Of a stretch of 64,000 nucleotides of DNA, positions 18,229 to 28,174 are shown piece after piece. Under the pieces are notes generated by a model. It was not told the origin of the DNA and ran no database searches. It saw only the letters and a program-made list of their open reading frames with translations. Within the stretch, counting starts at the first letter, position 1. The number at the start of each line of letters is the position of its first letter. Both the position numbers and the translations under genes were made by a program. Origin of the DNA: a virus (Duplodnaviria; Heunggongvirae; Uroviricota; Caudoviricetes); the IMG/VR virus record IMGVR_UViG_3300006143_000002, one strand, 5' to 3'.

Positions 18229-18732
18229 TTACATTCTATTACTTGCAAACCTACTCATATCATATTGTTGCATTCTTGCTGATTGTACCTTCTTTATGCT
18301 TGCTAACATTTCAGTTGCCATTTCTATTTTGAGTTTAATTCCCTTATATGCCCTATCAAATATAATCTTTTCTAATTGCTCACTCCTAGTGTTCAAATCT
18401 GCAACACTATTTTTATCAGCAATAGTACCCCTTGCCATTCTAAATGCTTCTGAATATGATTCTTTATGTATCTGGTCTGCAATGGAGCTTTGTAAACCTA
18501 CAAGTTCCTGACTAGAACAAACATCATATAAAAATAGTGGTATTCTAATCATTAAATCTTCTAATTCCTGGTCATTCAAAGCATTACTTTCATCATTAAG
18601 CCATTTTTTTATTGTTTCCATAATTCTATCTAAATCTTTACAGTACTTATCTACTATTTTTTCAACAACCTCTTGTATAGGTTGACTTCTTTCTTCTATT
18701 TTTCCTGATATTTGAAATCTGTCATTACTCAT
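18229..18732 (-). CDS. Helical coiled-coil protein next to recA (possible recombination mediator)
   Basis: All-alpha heptad pattern; position beside recA. Confidence 0.55.
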   Translation of the reverse strand: MSNDRFQISGKIEERSQPIQEVVEKIVDKYCKDLDRIMETIKKWLNDESNALNDQELEDLMIRIPLFLYDVCSSQELVGLQSSIADQIHKESYSEAFRMARGTIADKNSVADLNTRSEQLEKIIFDRAYKGIKLKIEMATEMLASIKKVQSARMQQYDMSRFASNRM

Positions 18733-18733
18733 A

Positions 18734-19177
18734 TTAATTTACCTCTTTTTTCATAAAGTAATCTCCAAGTCTACACCTAACAATTACAGGTTTTTGGTTT
18801 AGTGGTCTGTTTAACCAACATAACCACCAATCTTCAACCTTACCTTTTCCAGGTCTTTTAACAATAAGGTAGGCTTTGTAAAATGGTACTCTATCATTAT
18901 CAACAATAATATCTCCCCAAGTATTCTTACACTCTTCTTCTAATTCTTTCATAAAACCATCTATTTCTTTATAAGTACATTCATTTTTTCTTGATTTTAC
19001 TTCAATAATTATACTAGGAGTACCTTCACTGTTACAGCCTATATGAATATCTCCCTCATCTCTATTTCCATGTAATACTACTCTTTTTGTATCTGCATAT
19101 CCACATTCTATCATATATTTAACAACTGCTGTTTCAGCAGCTGTTCCTATTCTTTTAGCCTTACTCATTTTACACAC
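18734..19177 (-). CDS. Holliday junction resolvase-like PD-(D/E)xK nuclease
   Basis: KRIGTAAETAVVKY...DEGDI...IIEVKSRK. Confidence 0.7.
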   Translation of the reverse strand: MCKMSKAKRIGTAAETAVVKYMIECGYADTKRVVLHGNRDEGDIHIGCNSEGTPSIIIEVKSRKNECTYKEIDGFMKELEEECKNTWGDIIVDNDRVPFYKAYLIVKRPGKGKVEDWWLCWLNRPLNQKPVIVRCRLGDYFMKKEVN

Positions 19178-19188
19178 CTACCTTTATA

Positions 19189-20538
19189 TTATATAGCAAC
19201 ACCTATAACATAAGCATTTTTATTACCATCACTAATTTGAACATGTGTTACTGGTTCGTCCCCATTTACTATTGGTTCTATAATGACATCATCTGTTTTT
19301 AATGCTTTTAATATAGTTACTAAATCTTTTACATCAAATTTTATTTTAAGATTATTAGTAGATGATACTGGTAATGTTTCAAATGCTTTACTTTCATTTG
19401 ACACTTTTAATACACCATTAGTAATCTCAAAATCTAATATTTGTCTTACAACAGAAGATATAAAGAATAATGTTAATCTATCTATTGAACCTAATAAACT
19501 AGCCTTATTTAGTTTAATTGTTGTCCCTTTATTAGAATTTAGAATATCACTTATTTCTGTTATAGGGTATTCACTTTCTTCTTCCTTCAATACTGAATAT
19601 AATCTATATTCTCCTGAATATATACACATTGTTGCAATTCCATTTAATTGTCCAAACCCAATACGAATTTTATCATCTGTTCCCATTGATATTATATCTT
19701 TAATTGTTGAAGATTTTATAAAAGCAGTTGTTCTAAATAAAGGTGTTAGATTTTCTCTAACAACTGCAATATTATCTCCTGTTGTTGCAGATATAAATTC
19801 TCCAAAATGTATTGCTGATAATGCTGATGTATTAGGTAATCCAGATATAATAGGATATACAGATTCTATATGTGGTAAAAATTGAGATTTATCTAATTCA
19901 ACTGTTTCATTTATCAATATTGAATCCTTATCTATATCAGGTAATACAATTACTGAATTAGTTGTTAAGTCTATTGCTTGATTATAATTATATTCCCCAG
20001 ATGCAACACTAACTTTTGCTACTAAATTATCTGCAACAACTGTTACCTCTTCTGAATTTAATCTGTCTATTAATGGTTTAATATCGGATATTTTTAAAGT
20101 AATTATAGTACCATCTGTTGCTTGAATAACTGGTACATTAACTGTTAAAATATTTTCTCTATCTGTTGACCTTACTTGTAGTACATTCCCTACAACCCTA
20201 AACATAACTACTTCTGTAATTGGGTCTAATTCTACTTTACTTGCTACAACATCTGCTTTTTTAAGAGCTTCTTTTAAAAGACTTGTTTTTACTTTAAACC
20301 CATTTCCTTCCATAGGTGTTACTTCTTGTATTATTGTTTGTGGTTGTGCTTGTACTGGTGGTTGGTTTACTGCTTGTGCCTCTTCTTGCACTTCATTTAT
20401 AGGTTCTTGTGGTTGAGTATAAACTGCTTGTGCTGTAACACCTTCACTATAATTATTTGTAATACTTACACCTTCATCTGAATTAATTTGAACACCCCTA
20501 TCTTCTGATGGTATTCCAAAATTTTGATTTTCTTCCAT
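19189..20538 (-). CDS. dnaN: DNA polymerase III beta sliding clamp with Q/E/P-rich N-terminal extension
   Basis: LLKEALKKA...LQVRSTDRE..., ISATTGDNIAV, LNKASLLGSIDRL, IKFDVKDLVTILKAL: three-domain clamp pattern. Confidence 0.75.
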   Translation of the reverse strand: MEENQNFGIPSEDRGVQINSDEGVSITNNYSEGVTAQAVYTQPQEPINEVQEEAQAVNQPPVQAQPQTIIQEVTPMEGNGFKVKTSLLKEALKKADVVASKVELDPITEVVMFRVVGNVLQVRSTDRENILTVNVPVIQATDGTIITLKISDIKPLIDRLNSEEVTVVADNLVAKVSVASGEYNYNQAIDLTTNSVIVLPDIDKDSILINETVELDKSQFLPHIESVYPIISGLPNTSALSAIHFGEFISATTGDNIAVVRENLTPLFRTTAFIKSSTIKDIISMGTDDKIRIGFGQLNGIATMCIYSGEYRLYSVLKEEESEYPITEISDILNSNKGTTIKLNKASLLGSIDRLTLFFISSVVRQILDFEITNGVLKVSNESKAFETLPVSSTNNLKIKFDVKDLVTILKALKTDDVIIEPIVNGDEPVTHVQISDGNKNAYVIGVAI

Positions 20539-20561
20539 AACAATTCTCCTTTATAATAAAA

Positions 20562-22817
20562 TTATTTAACACCGTCACCTTCCCAATTTAGGAATTTTGC
20601 AACGTCACATTTCATAGGCACTGTAACTTTAGATGCACCTGCCTCTATCATCATTTGGCTCATTAATTCTGCACACCTATCCTTATTTTCCATAGGACAC
20701 TCTCCTATGATTTCGTCATGTACTGGGAATAATTGCCTAAAACCTAATTCCCTCATTTCTTTATTAGTTGCTATCTTTAACATTGCTAACTTACTCATAT
20801 CTGCTGCACTACCTTGCACTATACTATTAACAACTTTTCTATTTGCTTCAGCAATATAACTTCTATTATCTCTAATATCAATTCCAGCTAATTTTGCATT
20901 TTCTATTATTTTCATTCTTTTAGTATAGTTAGCATTTTGTAGTTTTTGAATATAAAATTGTTTAGTTTCTTCTTTAACCTCTACACTTGCAACATCATCG
21001 CTCCAAAACATAGGATTAAAGTCAACCTTTCTATTCTCATTATATGAGAATTCAAACTCATCTCTCTGTATATTTGGTATTATTCTTTTTCTACCCCATA
21101 AGGTTAATGTATATCCTCTTTCTTTTGCTAATTTCTGTTGACTGTTAATATACTCTTGTATTCTAGGATATGCAGTAAAGAAATCATCAATTATTTGTTG
21201 TGCCTCTTGTGTTGATATACCAGCACCTTCAGCCATAGTAGCAGTTGATTCTCCGTATAACAAGCCTAATAATACACCTTTTATTTTTGACCTTCTTTTC
21301 TTGCCTTCTTTATTCAATAATGGTTCGCCATCATCACCTAAAATCTTATTCCCATTTTCATCAGTATAGAATTCTCTACACTCATCATAAGATTTATGAA
21401 ATGCTTTTGATGCCATTTCAGCATATATATCCTTACCATCAGCATAAGCCTGTCTTAAATGCTCATCATTACATAAATGACATAAAATACGTGGTTCTTG
21501 CTGACTAAAGTCTGAACTCATCATTACATAACCATCAGATGCTTTAAATAATTGTCTTATCTTTTTGCCTATTGGGTTTCTTGCAGGAATTTGTTGTAAG
21601 TTTGGTTTACTAGAACTAAACCTACCAGTTTCAGTTCCATCTTGATTTAGATTTGTATGTATTCTTCCTGTTGATGGTTCTATAAATCCAGGTAAACTTA
21701 CTATAAATGCATCTATTAACTTTGTTAGTGTTCTTAACTCTAATAATGCTTTAGTTAATGGTGTATTCAATTCTAACAATATTTCTTTACCTGTACCTTT
21801 CCCTGCTTTTGTTTTATATCCTATAATTTGATAAAACAATGTACTTAATTGTTTTTCACTTTTTAGATTTATTGGGTCTTCTAAAGGGTTTTTAGGATGT
21901 GTTATTTTATATTCATCTATTTGACTTTTATATTTATCTATTTCTGCATAAACAAGTTGCTCTTTTTCTTTTTGTTGTTCCAATAATGTTTGACTTAATT
22001 CATCAGATGCTTTCATATCATATTCAACACCTGTTCTTTGCATTTCTGCAACATAATAAGATAATGGATTTTCTATATTTAAAAATAAATCTTTCGATTC
22101 TGCAAATTCTGTATCTAATATACTTCTTTGCCATTCAAATAATTTATAAGTCATTATAGCATCCTTACCAGCATATATTGTTGCTGTATCTATTGGAATT
22201 AAATCAAATGTTAAACCATTAAATAGTTTATCAAATTTATTTACACCTTCGTCTTCTTCTGCAATATATTTATTATATAGATACTTCAAACCATGCTCTT
22301 CATTACTTCTATATAAATGAGCAAATATAAGAGTATCCCAATATTGCATAGGCATCCAATATCCAAATGCAGTCTTTAATACATTATGGTCGAACTTTCC
22401 ATTATGGTAAACCCATTTTTTGCTGTCTTTGTATTTTTTAAATACTTCTGCAACATCTTTTACCTCAAGTTGTCCCATAGTCCTACCACCATATACATAA
22501 CTTGAGTGATTAAGAGGGATATATACACCATCCCCTCCGTCACTCATTGAGATACCTACAATATAATCGCTAAAATAATTTAATCCCATTGTTTCAGTAT
22601 CTATTGCAATAATATCTCCTGAATTTTCAAAATATGAGATTAGTTCGTCTAATGTTATAATCTTTCTACATAATTTTTTATAATTTCCTAAACTCTTTTC
22701 AACTAAAACATTAGCCTCTACTATTCTTTCTCCTAACCCCATACCTCCACTTTTCTTTGTTTTTCTAACAGAAGAAGATGCTTGTAGATTTGATGTTAAA
22801 TTAAACAAATCTGCCAT
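20562..22817 (-). CDS. polA: Family A DNA polymerase with 3'-5' exonuclease, no 5'-3' exo domain
   Basis: AIDTET (ExoI), HNGKFD (ExoII), YAGKDA (ExoIII), DFSQQEPR (A), RSKIKGVLLGLLYG (B), VHDEI (C). Confidence 0.93.
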   Translation of the reverse strand: MADLFNLTSNLQASSSVRKTKKSGGMGLGERIVEANVLVEKSLGNYKKLCRKIITLDELISYFENSGDIIAIDTETMGLNYFSDYIVGISMSDGGDGVYIPLNHSSYVYGGRTMGQLEVKDVAEVFKKYKDSKKWVYHNGKFDHNVLKTAFGYWMPMQYWDTLIFAHLYRSNEEHGLKYLYNKYIAEEDEGVNKFDKLFNGLTFDLIPIDTATIYAGKDAIMTYKLFEWQRSILDTEFAESKDLFLNIENPLSYYVAEMQRTGVEYDMKASDELSQTLLEQQKEKEQLVYAEIDKYKSQIDEYKITHPKNPLEDPINLKSEKQLSTLFYQIIGYKTKAGKGTGKEILLELNTPLTKALLELRTLTKLIDAFIVSLPGFIEPSTGRIHTNLNQDGTETGRFSSSKPNLQQIPARNPIGKKIRQLFKASDGYVMMSSDFSQQEPRILCHLCNDEHLRQAYADGKDIYAEMASKAFHKSYDECREFYTDENGNKILGDDGEPLLNKEGKKRRSKIKGVLLGLLYGESTATMAEGAGISTQEAQQIIDDFFTAYPRIQEYINSQQKLAKERGYTLTLWGRKRIIPNIQRDEFEFSYNENRKVDFNPMFWSDDVASVEVKEETKQFYIQKLQNANYTKRMKIIENAKLAGIDIRDNRSYIAEANRKVVNSIVQGSAADMSKLAMLKIATNKEMRELGFRQLFPVHDEIIGECPMENKDRCAELMSQMMIEAGASKVTVPMKCDVAKFLNWEGDGVK

Positions 22818-22833
22818 AAATACACCCCACTAT

Positions 22834-23490
22834 CTAAAATACTTCTGTTGTTCTTCTTGGTTGATAATCTTGACTTGGTTGTGGTTGATTTTGTGTTTGT
22901 ACTTGTCCTTGTGCTTGATTATTAGCATCATAATTTAAAATCATATTTAGTTTATATGGGTCTTCTATTTCACCAAAATCTTTTTTAGTTCTATTATCGG
23001 AAGCATTTAAGACTGGTATTACAGAATATGTAGTATCTAATCCATTTCCAGTTCTTTTTATTTTATAAGTTTGATTTGCAATACTTGACATATTTGCTGC
23101 TTCATCTAATACTGGTTTTAATGTACCTGTAACCCATTTATCACTCTTTTTCCAATATTGAATACAATCTTCTTCAATATTATATAAAGGTATGATTATT
23201 CTACCTACTTGTCCACTTCTCTTACCATCGTGATTTGTTACCTCTCCATTACAATATTTACAATGTGCATTAGGGTCAGATGTTTTAGGACAATCAATAG
23301 TATTCCATCTTATTTGTCCATCTGCTGTTTTATGACTAACTTCATGTACACCATAACAATAATCATTTCCAACTTCTTCCCATCTATCCCATAGGAATCT
23401 TACTTGCTTACTTTCATCAGCTTTTAGACTAAAGTATTTTCCACCTCCTGAATTTAATTTACCTGCTTGTTCCAATGATATTTTTCCCAT
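22834..23490 (-). CDS. Single-stranded DNA-binding protein, gp32-like
   Basis: YFSLKADESKQVRFL, CPK...CKYC Zn site, YKIKRTGNGLDTTYSV; start after AAGGAG. Confidence 0.7.
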   Translation of the reverse strand: MGKISLEQAGKLNSGGGKYFSLKADESKQVRFLWDRWEEVGNDYCYGVHEVSHKTADGQIRWNTIDCPKTSDPNAHCKYCNGEVTNHDGKRSGQVGRIIIPLYNIEEDCIQYWKKSDKWVTGTLKPVLDEAANMSSIANQTYKIKRTGNGLDTTYSVIPVLNASDNRTKKDFGEIEDPYKLNMILNYDANNQAQGQVQTQNQPQPSQDYQPRRTTEVF

Positions 23491-23573
23491 TGTTACATTT
23501 CTCCTTTCTTTGCCTGGGAGCTCATCCCCTAAATTGAGCTTACTTAAAAATTTTAAGGAATATATCCTCATAT

Positions 23574-23586
23574 ATAATAACATCTT
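23574..23586 (-). promoter_or_regulatory. Class II promoter upstream of SSB/polA
   Basis: AAGATGTTATTAT. Confidence 0.65.
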
Positions 23587-23607
23587 ATTTAGATGTAATT
23601 ATCTAAA

Positions 23608-24630
23608 TTAATCTATAAAATCTTCGTAGGTCAAATCCTCATTTGTATTATATTCATAACTATTAAATCTATTTGTTATGGTATGGAACCAATCCCAATA
23701 TTCCATTATTTCCATTTGTTTGAACATTTGAGATGTCATACTATTTATATCCTCAAAATCTGGTACACATGCAACAAATACACTTTTTTTATGTTTTAAT
23801 AGAAATTTAGCAATTTTCATATTTCCCTTTCTACCAGCAGAATCACCGTCTAATGCTAATACATAACCTTTACAATTTATAGTTAATAGTTGTTCTAATT
23901 GATTTTTTGTTCCTGTTCCTAATAAAGCAACACCACACTTTTTATACTCATATAAACTCCATAAATTAAAAGGTCCTTCAACTACATAAACATAAAAATT
24001 ATCCATTCTACTTGGTAACTCATATACACCATATACTGGCTTTGTAAAACCTTTTGGATATTCATATCTTTTATTCTGAACACTTCTTCTACCAACTGCA
24101 AGACAATTACCATATTTATCTTTTATAGGGAATGTTATCTCATCTGTTCTTACATCATACCCAACATCATATTTATTAGCTGTATTCATTGATATATTTC
24201 TACTTTCTAAATACTTTGAATAATATCTATATTGTTTTAATTCATTTCTACTAACATATTTAGTAGGAGTTAGGTTTGGAATTGTAAATAAAACTGGGTT
24301 AGCATTTAATCTGTATTCAAATTCTAAATCATCAATTCCTAATTTTGAATCTACTTCATCCCTATTGAAATCTGCACCCAATATCATCTTTAAAACATCA
24401 TAGGTATTTCCAGTAAAACCACAATTAAAACAATGAAAAAATCCAGCAGATATATTATCTTTGTCTATTTTTGAAAAACCACAACTTGGATGTCTTTCTT
24501 GTCCTTCTTTATGTTTCGGACAAGTAACTAATATATTTTCTTTACCATCTCTAATATTTTTAAAATAATATTTTCCTGTTTTTGAAAATATATAATCTCT
24601 TAAATTTTCAATATATTGCACATCATACAT
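23608..24630 (-). CDS. dnaG: DNA primase (CHC2 Zn finger plus TOPRIM)
   Basis: CPKH...FHCFNCG; VVEGPFN; ALDGDSAG. Confidence 0.85.
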   Translation of the reverse strand: MYDVQYIENLRDYIFSKTGKYYFKNIRDGKENILVTCPKHKEGQERHPSCGFSKIDKDNISAGFFHCFNCGFTGNTYDVLKMILGADFNRDEVDSKLGIDDLEFEYRLNANPVLFTIPNLTPTKYVSRNELKQYRYYSKYLESRNISMNTANKYDVGYDVRTDEITFPIKDKYGNCLAVGRRSVQNKRYEYPKGFTKPVYGVYELPSRMDNFYVYVVEGPFNLWSLYEYKKCGVALLGTGTKNQLEQLLTINCKGYVLALDGDSAGRKGNMKIAKFLLKHKKSVFVACVPDFEDINSMTSQMFKQMEIMEYWDWFHTITNRFNSYEYNTNEDLTYEDFID

Positions 24631-24643
24631 AATTTAACTCCAT

Positions 24644-25897
24644 TTATCTAAATGTACTAGAACCTAATGTTCTTCTTGTTTGAGATTGACCTGCTACTGG
24701 TTTTGGTATATCTGTTGTTATTAATGGTGTAAATTTACCTAATGCAAACTCAACATCATATTTCTGCATAAAGGTATCATCACCATATCTATTTTTAGAT
24801 ATATTCATTGTCAAAATATTAGATTCCCTTCTCATACCTATAACTCTTGTAGCATTTTGCCCTACTGCGTCAGATTCTGCTATATTTTCAAGTAATGGTG
24901 CATCTTTTTGCATACCACCATCTCTATTACTCTGTACTGCTAATATTATTGGTATTTGATACTTTGTAGATAGTGTAAATAAGTCTGCTGAGATATTTGA
25001 AAATCTAGTTCTAGTATCATATACTTTTGGACGATAATCATCCATTAATGATAATTGGTCAACAAATAAAAAATCTAATTCATCTTTTGCTATCATTTGT
25101 TCTAAATCTTTAACATTTGCCTTTCCCTGTAACTCTCTTTGAGTTAAAAGTGTCATATTTAATTGTTTACTTCTCATATCATCTAATGATTCTTTATCAC
25201 TCCAAGCCCTACCTAATTTATTTAACATTAATAATCTTCTTTGTACCTGAGCTTTTGACATCTCACCAGAGTATATTCCAATTCTTTTACCCTGAAGAGC
25301 TGCAGATAAAGCAAATTTTAACCCTAAAAATGATTTACCTTGTCCAGGTCTACCCATCAAAACTATTAAATCTTCCCCTTTATTCCAGCCTATTAACTTA
25401 TTATCTAATTCTTTAAATCCTGTCTTTATTACATTATTTACATCTAACTGTAAAATTTCATCTATATCATCTAACAAATTTACAGACTTTTTAACTAAAC
25501 CAATACTTTTTAATCTGTCATTTGTTTCATCAAACTTTTTTATAAATTCCATTGGTTGACTTCCAACCAAACCTGAATTTGAATTTAATAATTGTAATTC
25601 ATTTGTAATTTCCTCAGATGCAACACTTCCTTTTAAAAGCTTTATTAAAAATTCTGTATTTCCAAAATTCATTAAATCTGTATAAAATTCAGGTTCTATG
25701 TTGAACATTTTTAGTAACTGATTTACATGCATATATTCAGAATACTTATCTAAGTAATCTTCGATATGTCTATACATTACCTTACCCATATCACTAAATT
25801 GTTCAACAGTTATATCATTTTTTAACAATATCTCAAATCTTTTCTCTTGCACAACTTTCAAAAGAAGTGCATACTCTAATTCACCTCTATCAAACAT
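24644..25897 (-). CDS. dnaB: Replicative DnaB-family helicase
   Basis: GRPGQGKS, FVDQLSLM, AVQSNR, IAESDAVGQNA, SKNRYG. Confidence 0.9.
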   Translation of the reverse strand: MFDRGELEYALLLKVVQEKRFEILLKNDITVEQFSDMGKVMYRHIEDYLDKYSEYMHVNQLLKMFNIEPEFYTDLMNFGNTEFLIKLLKGSVASEEITNELQLLNSNSGLVGSQPMEFIKKFDETNDRLKSIGLVKKSVNLLDDIDEILQLDVNNVIKTGFKELDNKLIGWNKGEDLIVLMGRPGQGKSFLGLKFALSAALQGKRIGIYSGEMSKAQVQRRLLMLNKLGRAWSDKESLDDMRSKQLNMTLLTQRELQGKANVKDLEQMIAKDELDFLFVDQLSLMDDYRPKVYDTRTRFSNISADLFTLSTKYQIPIILAVQSNRDGGMQKDAPLLENIAESDAVGQNATRVIGMRRESNILTMNISKNRYGDDTFMQKYDVEFALGKFTPLITTDIPKPVAGQSQTRRTLGSSTFR

Positions 25898-25916
25898 ATT
25901 GAACCTCTTTTCTATA

Positions 25917-26588
25917 CTAATTTATGTTTACCATACCTTTGCCATATAAGAAATCTACTATATTCGTAGATAGGTTTTTTATTGCATCCTGCTTACCACC
26001 AGTAATAAAAAATAGGTTACTTAATCCTTTCTTATGTCTAACAGATAATATCCTATATAACTCAGCTCTATCATACTCTGTACTTATCATAGTCATTCTA
26101 TCCCATATAATTAAATCTGCATTTTCTACACCTTTTCTTATAGTATCTATATTATGTGAAAAATCTCTTTCCATATCATCCATATTATACCCAATCATCT
26201 TTTTAAAATCGCTTAACAATAAAGGTACATTTATATATATTATTCTTTTCATTGGCTTATCTTGTACCAAATAGTTCTTTATGTAGTTTTGTATAATATG
26301 AGATGCTAAAATATCTGTATCTATATAACATGAAAAATTAAATATACAATTAAATTCTCCAGATATAAAATCTGTTACATCATTTACAAAATCTTTAACA
26401 TCAGCATCTTTAAATGCTGGGCTATTTATAAATGGGTTTTGTATTATTTCATATCTATATATTTTTGGTATTTCAGATTGTTCCATATATTTTTTATATA
26501 AGTTATATCTACTAAGTTTAAATTCTCTATTTTCATACTTTTCTAGGTCAGGTGCTAATCTCTCTATAAACTCTATTTCATCATCCAT
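25917..26588 (-). CDS. DnaC/IstB-like helicase loader (degenerate Walker A)
   Basis: ADLIIWDRM...LYRILSVRH...LFFIT resembles the DnaC C-terminal half; directly upstream of dnaB. Confidence 0.5.
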   Translation of the reverse strand: MDDEIEFIERLAPDLEKYENREFKLSRYNLYKKYMEQSEIPKIYRYEIIQNPFINSPAFKDADVKDFVNDVTDFISGEFNCIFNFSCYIDTDILASHIIQNYIKNYLVQDKPMKRIIYINVPLLLSDFKKMIGYNMDDMERDFSHNIDTIRKGVENADLIIWDRMTMISTEYDRAELYRILSVRHKKGLSNLFFITGGKQDAIKNLSTNIVDFLYGKGMVNIN

Positions 26589-27069
26589 GTAGTCTTCTCC
26601 TTATCTCAAAATAGTTATAGATGTCCTCATCACTATCTTCAAACACTTTTACTTTCCCCATACTTTTGGAATCTTTTGTTTTAGATAATACATTGAAATC
26701 ATCTTCAATCCATATTAATCTTTTTGTATTTCCATATTCAGTACACCATTTTAAATGTTGTAATATAGACTTTTCATTATTTAAAACATCTTCTTTTTTA
26801 ATATCATCTACACTTTTATTACAACAATATTCTAATAATTCAATAATATTATCCTTGAATAATTTATAAGATAGATTAGTATTAGATGTATTATTTAATC
26901 TATTTTCTAAATAAACCTCTAGTGCATTTTTCACTATTTCTGTAACATTATTTTGACTTTTTATTAATGCAAAACACTTAGCAATAGTATCCCTTTTTGC
27001 TAATCCATCTTGTTTTTTAATTTCCTTTACTCTAGGAAGATTACTCAATGAAAATGACACTTGTAACAC
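26581..27069 (-). CDS. Hypothetical protein
   Basis: 162-aa ORF in replication operon. Confidence 0.6.
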   Translation of the reverse strand: MLQVSFSLSNLPRVKEIKKQDGLAKRDTIAKCFALIKSQNNVTEIVKNALEVYLENRLNNTSNTNLSYKLFKDNIIELLEYCCNKSVDDIKKEDVLNNEKSILQHLKWCTEYGNTKRLIWIEDDFNVLSKTKDSKSMGKVKVFEDSDEDIYNYFEIRRRLHG

Positions 27070-27071
27070 CT

Positions 27072-28172
27072 CTATCTATTATTTATATCATCTATAATGC
27101 TTTTAGCATCTATATTATCTATTTTCTTTGTATATAATCCAAATACCAAATCACTTAATATTTGAGCAGTTATTTTAGCCCCATCATCCTTTAAATATTC
27201 TTTTGAAAGAATTTCTAATAAATCTACTATGGTTAAATTATTATATCTAAAAATCTTTTTAACCTCACTCAAATTTAAAATATCTTCAGCAGTTTCTCCT
27301 GTTGACATTTTAAATGAGTTGAAAAAGTTTTTAATTGTCATATTAGATTCTTCATCCTGTAATTTGTCAATATCATCTAATGACATATCTTCTTTTAATT
27401 CTAATTTATAGCCAACTTTATTTAATATTCTAATTAATTCTCTTGCAGATATTTCAATATGTCCTGATTTAAAATCTAAATATGAATTATATAACTCTTC
27501 AGCACTATTTTCAGATAATTCAAGTGTTCCTAAAATATTTAATCCCCATACAAAATCTATATAAGATTGATAAGTAGCAACAGGATTCATCGATGGAATA
27601 AATGTAAATGATTTATATATTAGAATTCCTGTGTATATTGAGTATTCTGCTTTTTTATTATTTACTTCTAGTATAACTACTGGTGTATATGTATCTTCTG
27701 CTATATTTGCATCTGCCCTATATAAAACTAATTTTACTAATCCACCATTACCTTCAACATAAAATTTTCTAGTATGTTCTAATGAATTTACCTCCATCAT
27801 AAACATATCTAATTTAGACTTAAAATCATCAAAATAATCATCAGACATTATAGTCATATCAATTAAACTATAATTATTATCAACTAAATATCTAACATTA
27901 TCGTCTTCAAACTTAAATGGTGCACGTTTTCCATCTTTATCTTCTAATTGGTAATCTATAACATTTTTCCAAAAATCTTTATTTATTTTAAATAATTCTT
28001 TACTCAAACTTGCAGTAACACCTAATTGTTTATATAGATACTTATTTGCTCCTTTTTCAATAGTATATATTCTACCTTTTTCGTCATCCTTTTCTGCAAT
28101 AATTATTTCATTAGGTCTTATTAACTCAACACTTTCTTTATCCAAAGATTTTGCACTTAATAAATCAAACAT
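27072..28172 (-). CDS. Hypothetical protein (weak DUF932-like resemblance)
   Basis: 366 aa; YLYKQLGV helix; family uncertain. Confidence 0.55.
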   Translation of the reverse strand: MFDLLSAKSLDKESVELIRPNEIIIAEKDDEKGRIYTIEKGANKYLYKQLGVTASLSKELFKINKDFWKNVIDYQLEDKDGKRAPFKFEDDNVRYLVDNNYSLIDMTIMSDDYFDDFKSKLDMFMMEVNSLEHTRKFYVEGNGGLVKLVLYRADANIAEDTYTPVVILEVNNKKAEYSIYTGILIYKSFTFIPSMNPVATYQSYIDFVWGLNILGTLELSENSAEELYNSYLDFKSGHIEISARELIRILNKVGYKLELKEDMSLDDIDKLQDEESNMTIKNFFNSFKMSTGETAEDILNLSEVKKIFRYNNLTIVDLLEILSKEYLKDDGAKITAQILSDLVFGLYTKKIDNIDAKSIIDDINNR

Positions 28173-28174
28173 CT

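Noticed and set aside
20860-21060. Possible intein or intron in PolA between motifs B and C
   Set aside because: The insertion is only ~60 aa, in frame, with no C/S...HN splice motifs or endonuclease signature
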